Assembly: GCA_021796295.1 (NCBI GenBank)
Contig: JAJYIA010000003.1
Location: 1 to 35,421, forward strand
From: Candidatus Micrarchaeota archaeon
GTDB taxonomy: Archaea; Micrarchaeota; Micrarchaeia; Micrarchaeales; CABMGC01
Direction of reading: 5' to 3'
Length of the DNA stretch: 35,421 bases
Positions 25,550 to 33,929 of the stretch are shown here, piece after piece. The notes under the pieces are model-generated. The model ran no database searches and was not told the DNA's origin. It was given only the letters and a program-made list of their open reading frames with translations. The translations under genes and the position numbers were made by a program. Position 1 is the first letter of the stretch. The number at the start of each line of letters is the position of its first letter.

Positions 25550-26767
25550 ATGGAAGCGAAAATGCCGGATTATTACAGCTACCTGCCTTACGAGACGGCT
25601 GAGCTCTACAAGCGCTACAGCATTGATATAGAGTTGCCAAGACTTGATGCTGAAGGAGCCGCAGATGTCAGCTCGCATATGAAAAAGGCAGAGGAGACGG
25701 CCGCGAGCGCAGGCTCAGGCATCACGGATTTTGATATTCGGGTAACGAACAGCGGGGCGAGAAGCATGAGGAGAGAGGTCTCGATAAAAAAAGGCGCCCC
25801 GAAAATAGGCATGTATGAAAGCCGAGGCGGCATAGGCGATTTCACTTCAAGCGCAAACCACCATATAGAGATAAACATAGGCAGGGAGAGGCAGAGCAGG
25901 ATTAAGATGCTTGTGGTAAACAGCATGCATATTTCTCTGCCTATACATATAAACGTGGGGGAGGGCGCTGACTTGAGCCTTATGGAGTTTTACACCTCGG
26001 TCTCGGAGCATAGGTCGGTTGTGGTGCCTACGCACGAAATAAGCGCAGGCAAAGGCTCTCATGTAGAAATAAGCATAATACACAACGGCAACGAGAGATC
26101 TGAGCTTCTGGGCCTAATGAACGGCTATGCCGCAGGGAAGGCAAGGCTGAAGGTCAATACAGTATACAGCGGCTCTTCGAAGAGCAAATCAATAAGCATA
26201 CTCAGAGCGCAGGAATCAGGGCACGTTGAGGCTAACGAGATAGTCTACGGCACAGGCCTGCAGCAGTTCGACATCAACACCTTCATAATAAACGAAGGGC
26301 AGAACAGCACAGCAAGACTTGAATCCTCTGCTGTGCTTGACGGCAGCGCAAGGTGCGTATTCAAGGGCTTTGCAAAGATCAACAAATGGGCAAAGGGCGC
26401 GAAGTCGAAGGTCAGCGAAAGGGGCATGCTGCTTAGCAAGGATGCAAGGATGGATGCGCTGCCTGACATGTCCATAGATTACAGCGACGGCGTATCAGCA
26501 ACGCACAGCGCGGCGACGGCGCCACCTGACAGCGAGCAGATGTTTTACCTCATGAGCCGTGGCATAAGCAGTGAAGAGGCGAGGCGCCTCTCTATAATGG
26601 CATTCATGTCAAAGCACCTCTCAGGCATAGATAACCCATTCGCAAATGAAACAGCCTCTACGCTGATGCTCAGAAGGATAAGGGGGGAGGCCTTTGAGAA
26701 CATTCCACGGATAACTTCAAGAGACATATGGCACACGAAGGCTGAGCCGTGGAACGGAACGGCGTGA
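25550..26767 (+). CDS. sufD: Fe-S cluster assembly protein SufD
   Basis: SufBD beta-helix; DALPDMSI, ATHSAAT, QMFYLMSRGI; operon context. Confidence 0.88.
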   Translation: MEAKMPDYYSYLPYETAELYKRYSIDIELPRLDAEGAADVSSHMKKAEETAASAGSGITDFDIRVTNSGARSMRREVSIKKGAPKIGMYESRGGIGDFTSSANHHIEINIGRERQSRIKMLVVNSMHISLPIHINVGEGADLSLMEFYTSVSEHRSVVVPTHEISAGKGSHVEISIIHNGNERSELLGLMNGYAAGKARLKVNTVYSGSSKSKSISILRAQESGHVEANEIVYGTGLQQFDINTFIINEGQNSTARLESSAVLDGSARCVFKGFAKINKWAKGAKSKVSERGMLLSKDARMDALPDMSIDYSDGVSATHSAATAPPDSEQMFYLMSRGISSEEARRLSIMAFMSKHLSGIDNPFANETASTLMLRRIRGEAFENIPRITSRDIWHTKAEPWNGTA

Positions 26768-26771
26768 TTTA

Positions 26772-27494
26772 ATGAGGCTTGAAATAGAAAACCTGCACAT
26801 AAATGCGGATGAAAAGGAGATAGTAAAGGGCGTGAGCCTGAAAATAGGAGAGGGTGAACTCCATGTGCTCATGGGCCCGAACGGCTCAGGAAAGAGCACC
26901 CTTGCGAAGGCGGTCATGGGCCATCCCCTCCTCAGCGTGACCTCAGGTGATATAAGAATAGACGGCAAAAGCATAAGGAATGCGAGGCCTGATGAGAGGG
27001 CAAGGCTCGGCCTCTTTCTCGAATTCCAGAACCCTGCGGAGATAGAGGGCCTCGGCATTATCAGCTTCCTCAACACTGCAAGAGGCTCGCTTGGAAACAG
27101 CATGCACTTCAGGGACTTTATGAAGGAGGTGAAGGAGAGGTCGGCAGGCCTTGCGCTTAAGGAAGAGCTTATAGGAAGGTCGCTTAACCACGGCTTCTCC
27201 GGGGGCGAGAAGAAGAAGGTCGAGGTGCTCCAGATGGCAGTGCTGAAGCCGAAGATAGCAATACTTGACGAGCCTGATTCTGGCCTGGACGTTGACTCAG
27301 TAAGGGTCATAGCCGAGAACATAAACAGGCTGAGGAAAGAAACCAGCATGGGCATACTCCTTATAACGCACTACAGCAGAATCCTGAATTACATGGAGCC
27401 CGGGTTCATACACGTCATGAAAGACGGCAGGATAGTGAAGGAGGGCGGCAGAGAGCTTATAAAGGAAATAGAAGAAAGAGGATATAGCGAATAG
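26772..27494 (+). CDS. sufC: Fe-S assembly ABC ATPase SufC
   Basis: MGPNGSGKST, FQNPAEI, GFSGGEKKK, ILDEPDSGLD, LITHY. Confidence 0.95.
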   Translation: MRLEIENLHINADEKEIVKGVSLKIGEGELHVLMGPNGSGKSTLAKAVMGHPLLSVTSGDIRIDGKSIRNARPDERARLGLFLEFQNPAEIEGLGIISFLNTARGSLGNSMHFRDFMKEVKERSAGLALKEELIGRSLNHGFSGGEKKKVEVLQMAVLKPKIAILDEPDSGLDVDSVRVIAENINRLRKETSMGILLITHYSRILNYMEPGFIHVMKDGRIVKEGGRELIKEIEERGYSE

Positions 27495-27510
27495 CAGCAG
27501 GGGCGGGGAT

Positions 27511-28749
27511 ATGGCAGGCTTCGACGTTGAAAGGGTAAGGGCAGACTTTCCGATATTAGGCAAGACCTCAAACGGCAAAAGGCTAGCATATCTCGACAGC
27601 GCGGCGACGGCGCAGAAGCCAAAGCGCGTGATAGATGCTGTTTCGGATTATTACAGGGGCTACAACGCAAACATACACAGGGGCATGTACGACATCTCGG
27701 TAAGGGCCACAAACGCCTATACAGAGTCAAAGGAGCTTATTGCAAGGTTCATAAACGCGCCATCTTATAGGGACATAGTGTACTGCAGAAACACCACAGA
27801 AGCAATAAACCTTGTTGCGCTCTCGTGGGCAGAGAGGCATGTGAAGAAAGGGGACAGCATCTTAATAACAGAGATGGAGCACCACAGCAATATAGTGCCG
27901 TGGCAGATGCTCGCAAGAAGGAAAGGCGCAAAGCTCGAATATACAAAACTTACAAAGGACTTAGGCATAGACATGGAGCATTACAAGGCAATGCTTGAGC
28001 ACGGCCCAAAGCTTGTCGCGTTCACGCACGTCTCAAACGTGCTTGGCGTTATCAATGATGCAAAGGAGATGACAAGGCTTGCGCACAGCCATGGTGCAAC
28101 AGTTCTTCTTGATGGAGCGCAGTCGGTGCCACACACGAGAGTGGACGTAGGGGATATAGGCTGCGACTTTATGGCCTTCTCCGGGCACAAGATGCTGGGG
28201 CCTGCAGGCGTAGGCGTGCTTTACGGAAGGGAGGACCTTCTCGAAGAGATGGAGCCGGTATACGGGGGGGGCGACATGATAAGGAGCGTTTCATTCGAGT
28301 CATGCGAGTGGAATGAGCTGCCGTGGAAGTTTGAGGCCGGAACCCAGAACATAGAGGGCGCTATAGGGCTTGGCGAGGCTGTAAAATACATCAATAGCAT
28401 AGGCATGGGCAGTATGCAGAGGCACGAGAAGGGCCTGCTAGAATATGCACTGGGCGTATTTGAGGGCATTGATGACGTAAGGCTTTACAATAAGGCAGGG
28501 GCCGGGAAACGATCGGCAATAATACCGTTCAATGTTGACGGGATTCATGCGCATGACGTTTCCGCTGTCTTCGATTCGGAGGGCATAGCCATACGCGCAG
28601 GGCACCACTGCGCCATGCCCCTTGTGAACAGCGTGATGCATGAGGACTCTGTGGCGCGCATAAGCCTTTACCTTTACAATACAAGGGATGAGATAGACAG
28701 GGCGGCAGCTGCAATGGAGAAGGCAAGGGCTCTATTCCTGAGAAGGTAG
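27511..28749 (+). CDS. sufS: SufS-type cysteine desulfurase
   Basis: YLDSAATAQKP, MEHHSN, DGAQ, SGHKMLGP, RAGHHCAMP. Confidence 0.95.
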   Translation: MAGFDVERVRADFPILGKTSNGKRLAYLDSAATAQKPKRVIDAVSDYYRGYNANIHRGMYDISVRATNAYTESKELIARFINAPSYRDIVYCRNTTEAINLVALSWAERHVKKGDSILITEMEHHSNIVPWQMLARRKGAKLEYTKLTKDLGIDMEHYKAMLEHGPKLVAFTHVSNVLGVINDAKEMTRLAHSHGATVLLDGAQSVPHTRVDVGDIGCDFMAFSGHKMLGPAGVGVLYGREDLLEEMEPVYGGGDMIRSVSFESCEWNELPWKFEAGTQNIEGAIGLGEAVKYINSIGMGSMQRHEKGLLEYALGVFEGIDDVRLYNKAGAGKRSAIIPFNVDGIHAHDVSAVFDSEGIAIRAGHHCAMPLVNSVMHEDSVARISLYLYNTRDEIDRAAAAMEKARALFLRR

Positions 28750-28753
28750 AAGA

Positions 28754-30052
28754 CTATTTCTGCATGAACTTGGACAGGTTCCTCCTAACATTCCTGTCGT
28801 TCTTGAAGAGCTCGTAGAACTTCTTCATCTTGTTGAAATCGCTCAGAAGGGTCCTGACATCTTTCTCAGTTGTGCCGCTGCCTGCGGCTATGCGCCTTAC
28901 CCTGCCCCGGTCCCTTACAAGCCTTTCGCTTCTTCGCTCCTCCTTTGTCATGGAGCCTATTATGGCCTTGTAAAGCTTTAGCTTCTGCTCCCCCTGCTCA
29001 ACCATGTCCTTGGGCACGTCGGCAAGGCCCATCATGCCCAGCATGCCTTTCATGGGGCCCATCTTTGACATGGCCTTGAGCTGCGTGTAGAATGTCTCGA
29101 AGTTGAGCTCAGTGCCCACCTCCTCGGGATTTATGTTGGCCTCTTTTATTGCCGTGTTGACGTGCTCGAGAAGGGTCTCGAGGTCTGGCATCCCAAGCAG
29201 CCTGCCCACAAACTTCTTTGAGTCGTATAATTCAAGCGCATTGAGCTTCTCCCCTGTGCCTATGAACGTCACGTTTACGTTAGATGCGGAGACTGCGCTG
29301 AGCGCTCCGCCTCCCTTGCCCGAGCCGTCCATCTTTGTTACTATGACGCCGGTTATGCCTATTGCACTGTCGAATTCGCGTGCCTGCCGGCCTGCAACCT
29401 GGCCCGTATCCGCATTTATGACAAGCAGCTTCTCTTCGGGCCTGAATGCGCCTGCGATGCCCTTGAGCTCGCTTATAAGCTCCGGGTCAAGTGCGCTCCT
29501 GCCGCTTGAGTCGCATATGAGCACCTTCTTTGACCTGAGCTCGTCCATGGCCTTTTCAACTATCTTCCTGGGATTTTTCTCGCCCTTTATGCCGAAAAAG
29601 GCCACATTCGCATCCTTTGCAAGTGTCTCGAGCTGCTCGAATGCCGCTGGTCTTGCTACGTCGCAGCAGATGAGCCCTGCGCTCAGTCCGCGCTCCTGGT
29701 AGTACCTGGCAAGCTTGGCTGCAGTTGTAGTCTTGCCTGAGCCGTACATGCCTGCAAGGAGTATGCGCTTAGGCTTCATCTCAGGCGCATAGGACCTGCC
29801 CATGAGCCTCACAAGCTCCTCATAGACCATATTCGTTATGTAATCCCTAGGCGCCACGCCTTCCGGGATTTTCTCGTGAAGCGCTGCGTCCTCTATGCGC
29901 TTTGTAATTGCAGAGACAAGGCTAAGCTCAACATCGGCAGAGATAAGAGCCCTCTGCAGCTCTCTGTTGAATTCGCGTATGGTTCTGACATCTATTATGG
30001 TGGCTCCTGAAAGCCTCGCTATGGCCTTTCTGAGCCCTTCGCCTAAATCCAT
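28754..30052 (-). CDS. srp54: Signal recognition particle protein SRP54
   Basis: ALISADV, GSGKTTT, RPAAFEQL, TKMDGSGKGGGALS, M domain RIAAGSGT. Confidence 0.95.
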   Translation of the reverse strand: MDLGEGLRKAIARLSGATIIDVRTIREFNRELQRALISADVELSLVSAITKRIEDAALHEKIPEGVAPRDYITNMVYEELVRLMGRSYAPEMKPKRILLAGMYGSGKTTTAAKLARYYQERGLSAGLICCDVARPAAFEQLETLAKDANVAFFGIKGEKNPRKIVEKAMDELRSKKVLICDSSGRSALDPELISELKGIAGAFRPEEKLLVINADTGQVAGRQAREFDSAIGITGVIVTKMDGSGKGGGALSAVSASNVNVTFIGTGEKLNALELYDSKKFVGRLLGMPDLETLLEHVNTAIKEANINPEEVGTELNFETFYTQLKAMSKMGPMKGMLGMMGLADVPKDMVEQGEQKLKLYKAIIGSMTKEERRSERLVRDRGRVRRIAAGSGTTEKDVRTLLSDFNKMKKFYELFKNDRNVRRNLSKFMQK

Positions 30053-30157
30053 GCGTATCGCTTTACCTGTTTTTTAGCATAATAATGCGCCGGCCTTTAT
30101 GCATTATGCCATATCTTATATCTTATTAAACGTTTTCGGTATATAAATATGTAAGAT

Positions 30158-30255
30158 GGGCTCGTAGCTCAGCCTGGTCAGAGCGGCGGTCTTATAATAA
30201 TTTATAGGGATTAGAAGAGAGCCGTAGGTCGTGAGTTCAAATCTCACCGGGCCCA
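30158..30255 (+). tRNA. tRNA-Ile (anticodon TAT) with 23-nt intron at 37/38 (30197-30219)
   Basis: Acceptor GGGCTCG/CGGGCCC-A, D stem GCTC/GAGC, loop CT-TAT-A, T arm GTGAG-TTCAAAT-CTCAC; intron forms BHB-like motif. Confidence 0.85.
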
Positions 30256-30318
30256 TGCAGCAGCTGCATGAAAAGCAGTTCAAACGCCACATTATAGAAA
30301 ATTTAGCAGGCATTCATT

Positions 30319-30921
30319 ATGACAATCTTTTTGGTTTCTTTGTCTTCGCTCCTAAACGGAGCGTCAGGGCTTATAAATGCCTACGGCCTGCCTGCCATAT
30401 TCCTGCTTATGGTTCTAGAATCTGCATCGCTGCCTATACCAAGCGAGGTGGTGATCCCGCTCACCGGCCTGCTTGCAGCAAAGGGGCTTTTCAGCCCATA
30501 CCTTGCCCTCGCTGTTCTTCTTGCAGCAGGCATAATAGGAATGACAATAGATTATTATCTTGCATATTTTGTTGAGAAGGATATAGTTTACAGGCACCTG
30601 CGTGCCTTCCGCATAAAGAAGGAGCATCTTGACACCTTTGATAGGTGGTTCGAGAGAAACGGAAGGTTCGCAGTTTTCATAGGCAGGATGCTTCCTGAAG
30701 TGAGGGGCCTTGTGAGCCTGCCTGCAGGATTTACCAAGATGCCAAAAAGGGACTTCTACCTTTATTCCATAGCCGGTACGATAATCTGGGACGTGGCATT
30801 GCTTTCATTCGGCTACTATGCACTTAATGCGAACAATGTCTATGTTGCGATGGTTGCGGTTGCCATATTTGCAACAGTCATATATGTACTGTACAAACTT
30901 ACAGTGAAGAAACAACATTAG
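30319..30921 (+). CDS. DedA-family membrane protein
   Basis: LMVLESASLPIPSEVV, WFERNG, FIGRMLPEVRGLVSLPAG. Confidence 0.92.
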   Translation: MTIFLVSLSSLLNGASGLINAYGLPAIFLLMVLESASLPIPSEVVIPLTGLLAAKGLFSPYLALAVLLAAGIIGMTIDYYLAYFVEKDIVYRHLRAFRIKKEHLDTFDRWFERNGRFAVFIGRMLPEVRGLVSLPAGFTKMPKRDFYLYSIAGTIIWDVALLSFGYYALNANNVYVAMVAVAIFATVIYVLYKLTVKKQH

Positions 30922-31119
30922 CAGGTGTCGGGGAGGTTTTCTGAAATCAATGCATGCTTATAAAGCTTAGCCTGCCATAATTCTGTCCAGAGTCATGGTT
31001 TGGCTTACGGCCTGTTCGGAAGGGATTTTATGGAAATTGAAGGCAGCGAGAGAACGCAGAAGGGCAGAGGCCGAGAGCCGCATGCACATCCGGATCTCAC
31101 CCGGAATGCAGGAGATGAC

Positions 31120-31485
31120 ATGATACGCGACTCTGAAGCTACAATCAGCCAGCTAAAGGGCATGGTCAAAAGATTCAACGATGAAAGGGATTGGGACCAG
31201 TTCCATAATGCGAAGGATCTGGCGATGGCCATATCTGCCGAGGCTGCAGAGGTCCTCGAGCATTTTATATATAAATCAAACGACGAGGCCGATGAAATAC
31301 TACGGGGCAGGAAAAGGGAGGATGTTGAAGATGAACTTGCAGATGTGCTGTGGACGGTTTTGATGTTCGCAGAGAGGTATGACGTAGACATTTCAGCTGC
31401 GCTCAGAAATAAAATGAATAAGTCAGCAAAGAAATACCCTATAGAAAAGGCAAGAGGCTCAAACAGAAAATATAATGAGCTGTAA
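31120..31485 (+). CDS. MazG-like nucleotide pyrophosphohydrolase (dCTPase-like)
   Basis: ERDWDQFHNAKDLAMAISAEAAE, DELADV, KYP; ATG 31120 preferred. Confidence 0.88.
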   Translation: MIRDSEATISQLKGMVKRFNDERDWDQFHNAKDLAMAISAEAAEVLEHFIYKSNDEADEILRGRKREDVEDELADVLWTVLMFAERYDVDISAALRNKMNKSAKKYPIEKARGSNRKYNEL

Positions 31486-31503
31486 TGCGCGTGCATCGGG
31501 ATT

Positions 31504-31945
31504 TTGCCAGCGTATGCACTTGAACTGGAAGTTGTGTCTATGAATGCAAAGATAGAGCGGCCTGACCTTTACATAGACAAATTTGCAGACGCAGGGGCAG
31601 ATATTGCAACCGTACATGCTGAATCAAAATGCGGGATTCGCAAAGCGCTGGAGCATACGAAAGGCATAGGCCTGAAAGCAGGTATAGCGGTGAATCCTGA
31701 AACCGCTCCGGAAAGGTTTGCGGAATACCTGCAGGATGCGGATGAGCTTCTCATTATGTGTGTGCATCCGGGTTTTTCAGGGCAGGAATTTATCCCGAGA
31801 CGGAGGCGTAAACATATCAAATGTGCGCAAAATTGCTGAGGCAGGTGCAGATACGATAGTTGCTTCCAGCGCCATCTTCGGGTCAGGAAGCGTCAGGGAT
31901 GCGATAGCGCAGCTTAGGATGCGCGGGGATGCGGATTCCAGGTAG
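31504..31945 (+). pseudogene. rpe: Ribulose-phosphate 3-epimerase pseudogene
   Basis: AGADIATVHAE, NPET, MCVHPGFSGQEFIP in one frame; DGGVN...AGADTIVASSAIF in another; N-terminus and intervening helix missing. Confidence 0.85.
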
Positions 31946-31959
31946 AAGGCTATTCCGGC

Positions 31960-33051
31960 TTATTGGGGCAGCGCAGTCACATATGACTCGTTTACACTTC
32001 TGCCTATGCCTGTTTCGCGCATGCTGAGCTGCAGGCGCATGCTCGTGTTTGGCAGCATTGCGCCCGTACCGTGACCTGTTACATTCATTGTCATGTTGTA
32101 TGACAGCATGAGCGGCAGGTAATATTCCTCTGAAAGGCATTCTTCATGGGTTATGTGGAATAGAATATTGGTAGAGTCATTCGCATGAATTGCAGTTCTG
32201 TAGGCTGTGACGTTTGTAGCGTCGCTTCCTTTGGTAAGGTAACACTGCTGGCCATTTAGGGAGTTTATGCCCAGGAACACGGTCTTTATGCTGTAGCCTG
32301 CAGAAACAGAGGAGATTCTGCCGCTCAGGTTCTCCTGCTCAAGCAGCGAGGTAATGTTTGCTGCAAGGCCCTTTTTAAGCCCGGCCTCGAGAGATGAAAT
32401 GCTTGCATTGTAACTGCTGCTTGGCAGGCACTCCGGGCTGCCGTTTAACGAGGAATAGAGCCCTTTGCCGAGATTCAGGCAGAGGTAATCAATGCCATTG
32501 CTGAGCAGTATGCCAACCATGTCTATATTGCCTCTCGAGGGCACATTGCTTGCATTCAGCAATATTCTTAGATTATTGCCGTATTTGAATAAGGTGACAT
32601 TGAATGGCACTGCGAAGGAGACTCTGCCGCTGCCATTGCCGTATATCGATATTGAGGCATTGCCGGAATAGCTTATGTTTAGTCTTTGCATGCCGTTGAG
32701 CTTGTTAAGTATGACCAGGGTAAGGTTTGTTGCGTTTATGGGGTTCTGCACAAGGACTCTGTACAGTGGATCTGTGGAATTGGCAGGCGTTTCATACGCA
32801 GAGGAGGCATGCCTGTAATACAGAACAGCTGCAAGTACAACCACAACAAGAACAAGAGCCAGCTGAAATGCAATCCTTGATTTGTTGCTTGCATTCGGAT
32901 TTTGATCCGTTTTAGACATAGGTGGTGTTGCAGGTGCTTCTGGCTGCGGTTGCGGCTGAGGCTGTTGGATCTCGCCTTCCTGAGGCTGCACAGGCTGCTG
33001 CCTCTCTTCACCTTCTTCCGCAGAAAGTAATGAAAAGAGTATGTATGCCAT
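31960..33051 (-). CDS. Membrane-anchored surface glycoprotein, unknown function
   Basis: Q/P-rich N-terminal region, single TM helix, many N-x-S/T sequons, paired Cys. Confidence 0.75.
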   Translation of the reverse strand: MAYILFSLLSAEEGEERQQPVQPQEGEIQQPQPQPQPEAPATPPMSKTDQNPNASNKSRIAFQLALVLVVVVLAAVLYYRHASSAYETPANSTDPLYRVLVQNPINATNLTLVILNKLNGMQRLNISYSGNASISIYGNGSGRVSFAVPFNVTLFKYGNNLRILLNASNVPSRGNIDMVGILLSNGIDYLCLNLGKGLYSSLNGSPECLPSSSYNASISSLEAGLKKGLAANITSLLEQENLSGRISSVSAGYSIKTVFLGINSLNGQQCYLTKGSDATNVTAYRTAIHANDSTNILFHITHEECLSEEYYLPLMLSYNMTMNVTGHGTGAMLPNTSMRLQLSMRETGIGRSVNESYVTALPQ

Positions 33052-33060
33052 CGTCTCATA

Positions 33061-33927
33061 TCATTTGACATTGGTTGGTAAAAGCCTGTCAAAATATTCG
33101 CCTGCACGATAGGAGCTCCTTACGAAAGGCCCTGCAGCCACGTATCTGAATCCCATGCCTATGCCAGCATCACGCAATGCATCGAAGCGCTCCGGCTTTA
33201 CGTATTCCTTCACTTCTATATGATGTATGCTGGGCCTCAGGTACTGGCCGAGCGCAAGGAAGTCGACATCTGCATTTCTGAGATCCGCCATGACCTTCAG
33301 CACCTCGCTGCCGCTTTCGCCCAGGCCGAGCATCATTGCAGATTTTGTGTATCTTGCACCGGATGCTTTTGCATTAGCCAGCACAGCAAGAGACTGCGAA
33401 TATGATGCGCGCCTGTCCCTTACTGCGGGGCTCAGCCTTTCGACGGTTTCTATGTTGTGCCCTACAACATCAGGCCCTGAGTCAATCACGCGCTTAAGGC
33501 AGTCTATGTCGCCCCTGAAATCAGGTATAAGCACCTCTATTTTTGTTGAAGGGTTGAGGTGCTTTGCCTCTCGCACGCATTGTGCAAAATGCGCTGAACC
33601 TTGGTCTGGAAGGTCGTCCCTGCATACCGAGGTTACGACAGCGTACCTGAGTCCCCACTTTACTATGGTCTTTGCGAGCCTTGCAGGCTCTTCTGGATCA
33701 AGGGCATTGCCATGTAAGCTTTTTGGCACTGAGCAGAACCTGCAGCCCCGCGTGCAGAGATTCCCCAAAACCATAAATGTAGCTGTACCTCCGCTCCAGC
33801 ACTCGGTGATGTTCGGGCAGTGGGCCTCGGCGCACACTGTGTTGAGTGCAGCATTGCCAAGCTCCTCCTTTATGCGTTTATACTCGCACATTGCAGGCCT
33901 TACAGTGAGCCATTCGGCAAGGGCCAT
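33061..33927 (-). CDS. lipA: Lipoyl synthase
   Basis: CAEAHCPNITEC auxiliary cluster motif, CTRGCRFC radical SAM motif, RSSY. Confidence 0.95.
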   Translation of the reverse strand: MALAEWLTVRPAMCEYKRIKEELGNAALNTVCAEAHCPNITECWSGGTATFMVLGNLCTRGCRFCSVPKSLHGNALDPEEPARLAKTIVKWGLRYAVVTSVCRDDLPDQGSAHFAQCVREAKHLNPSTKIEVLIPDFRGDIDCLKRVIDSGPDVVGHNIETVERLSPAVRDRRASYSQSLAVLANAKASGARYTKSAMMLGLGESGSEVLKVMADLRNADVDFLALGQYLRPSIHHIEVKEYVKPERFDALRDAGIGMGFRYVAAGPFVRSSYRAGEYFDRLLPTNVK

Positions 33928-33929
33928 AC

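Noticed and set aside
25394-26569. Exact 18-bp match ATGAGCCGTGGCATAAGC in sufB and sufD
   Set aside because: Encodes the conserved paralogous MSRGIS motif; codon bias suffices, so gene conversion is not needed
32940-33000. Short QP-coding tandem repeat
   Set aside because: Ordinary low-complexity linker in a membrane protein
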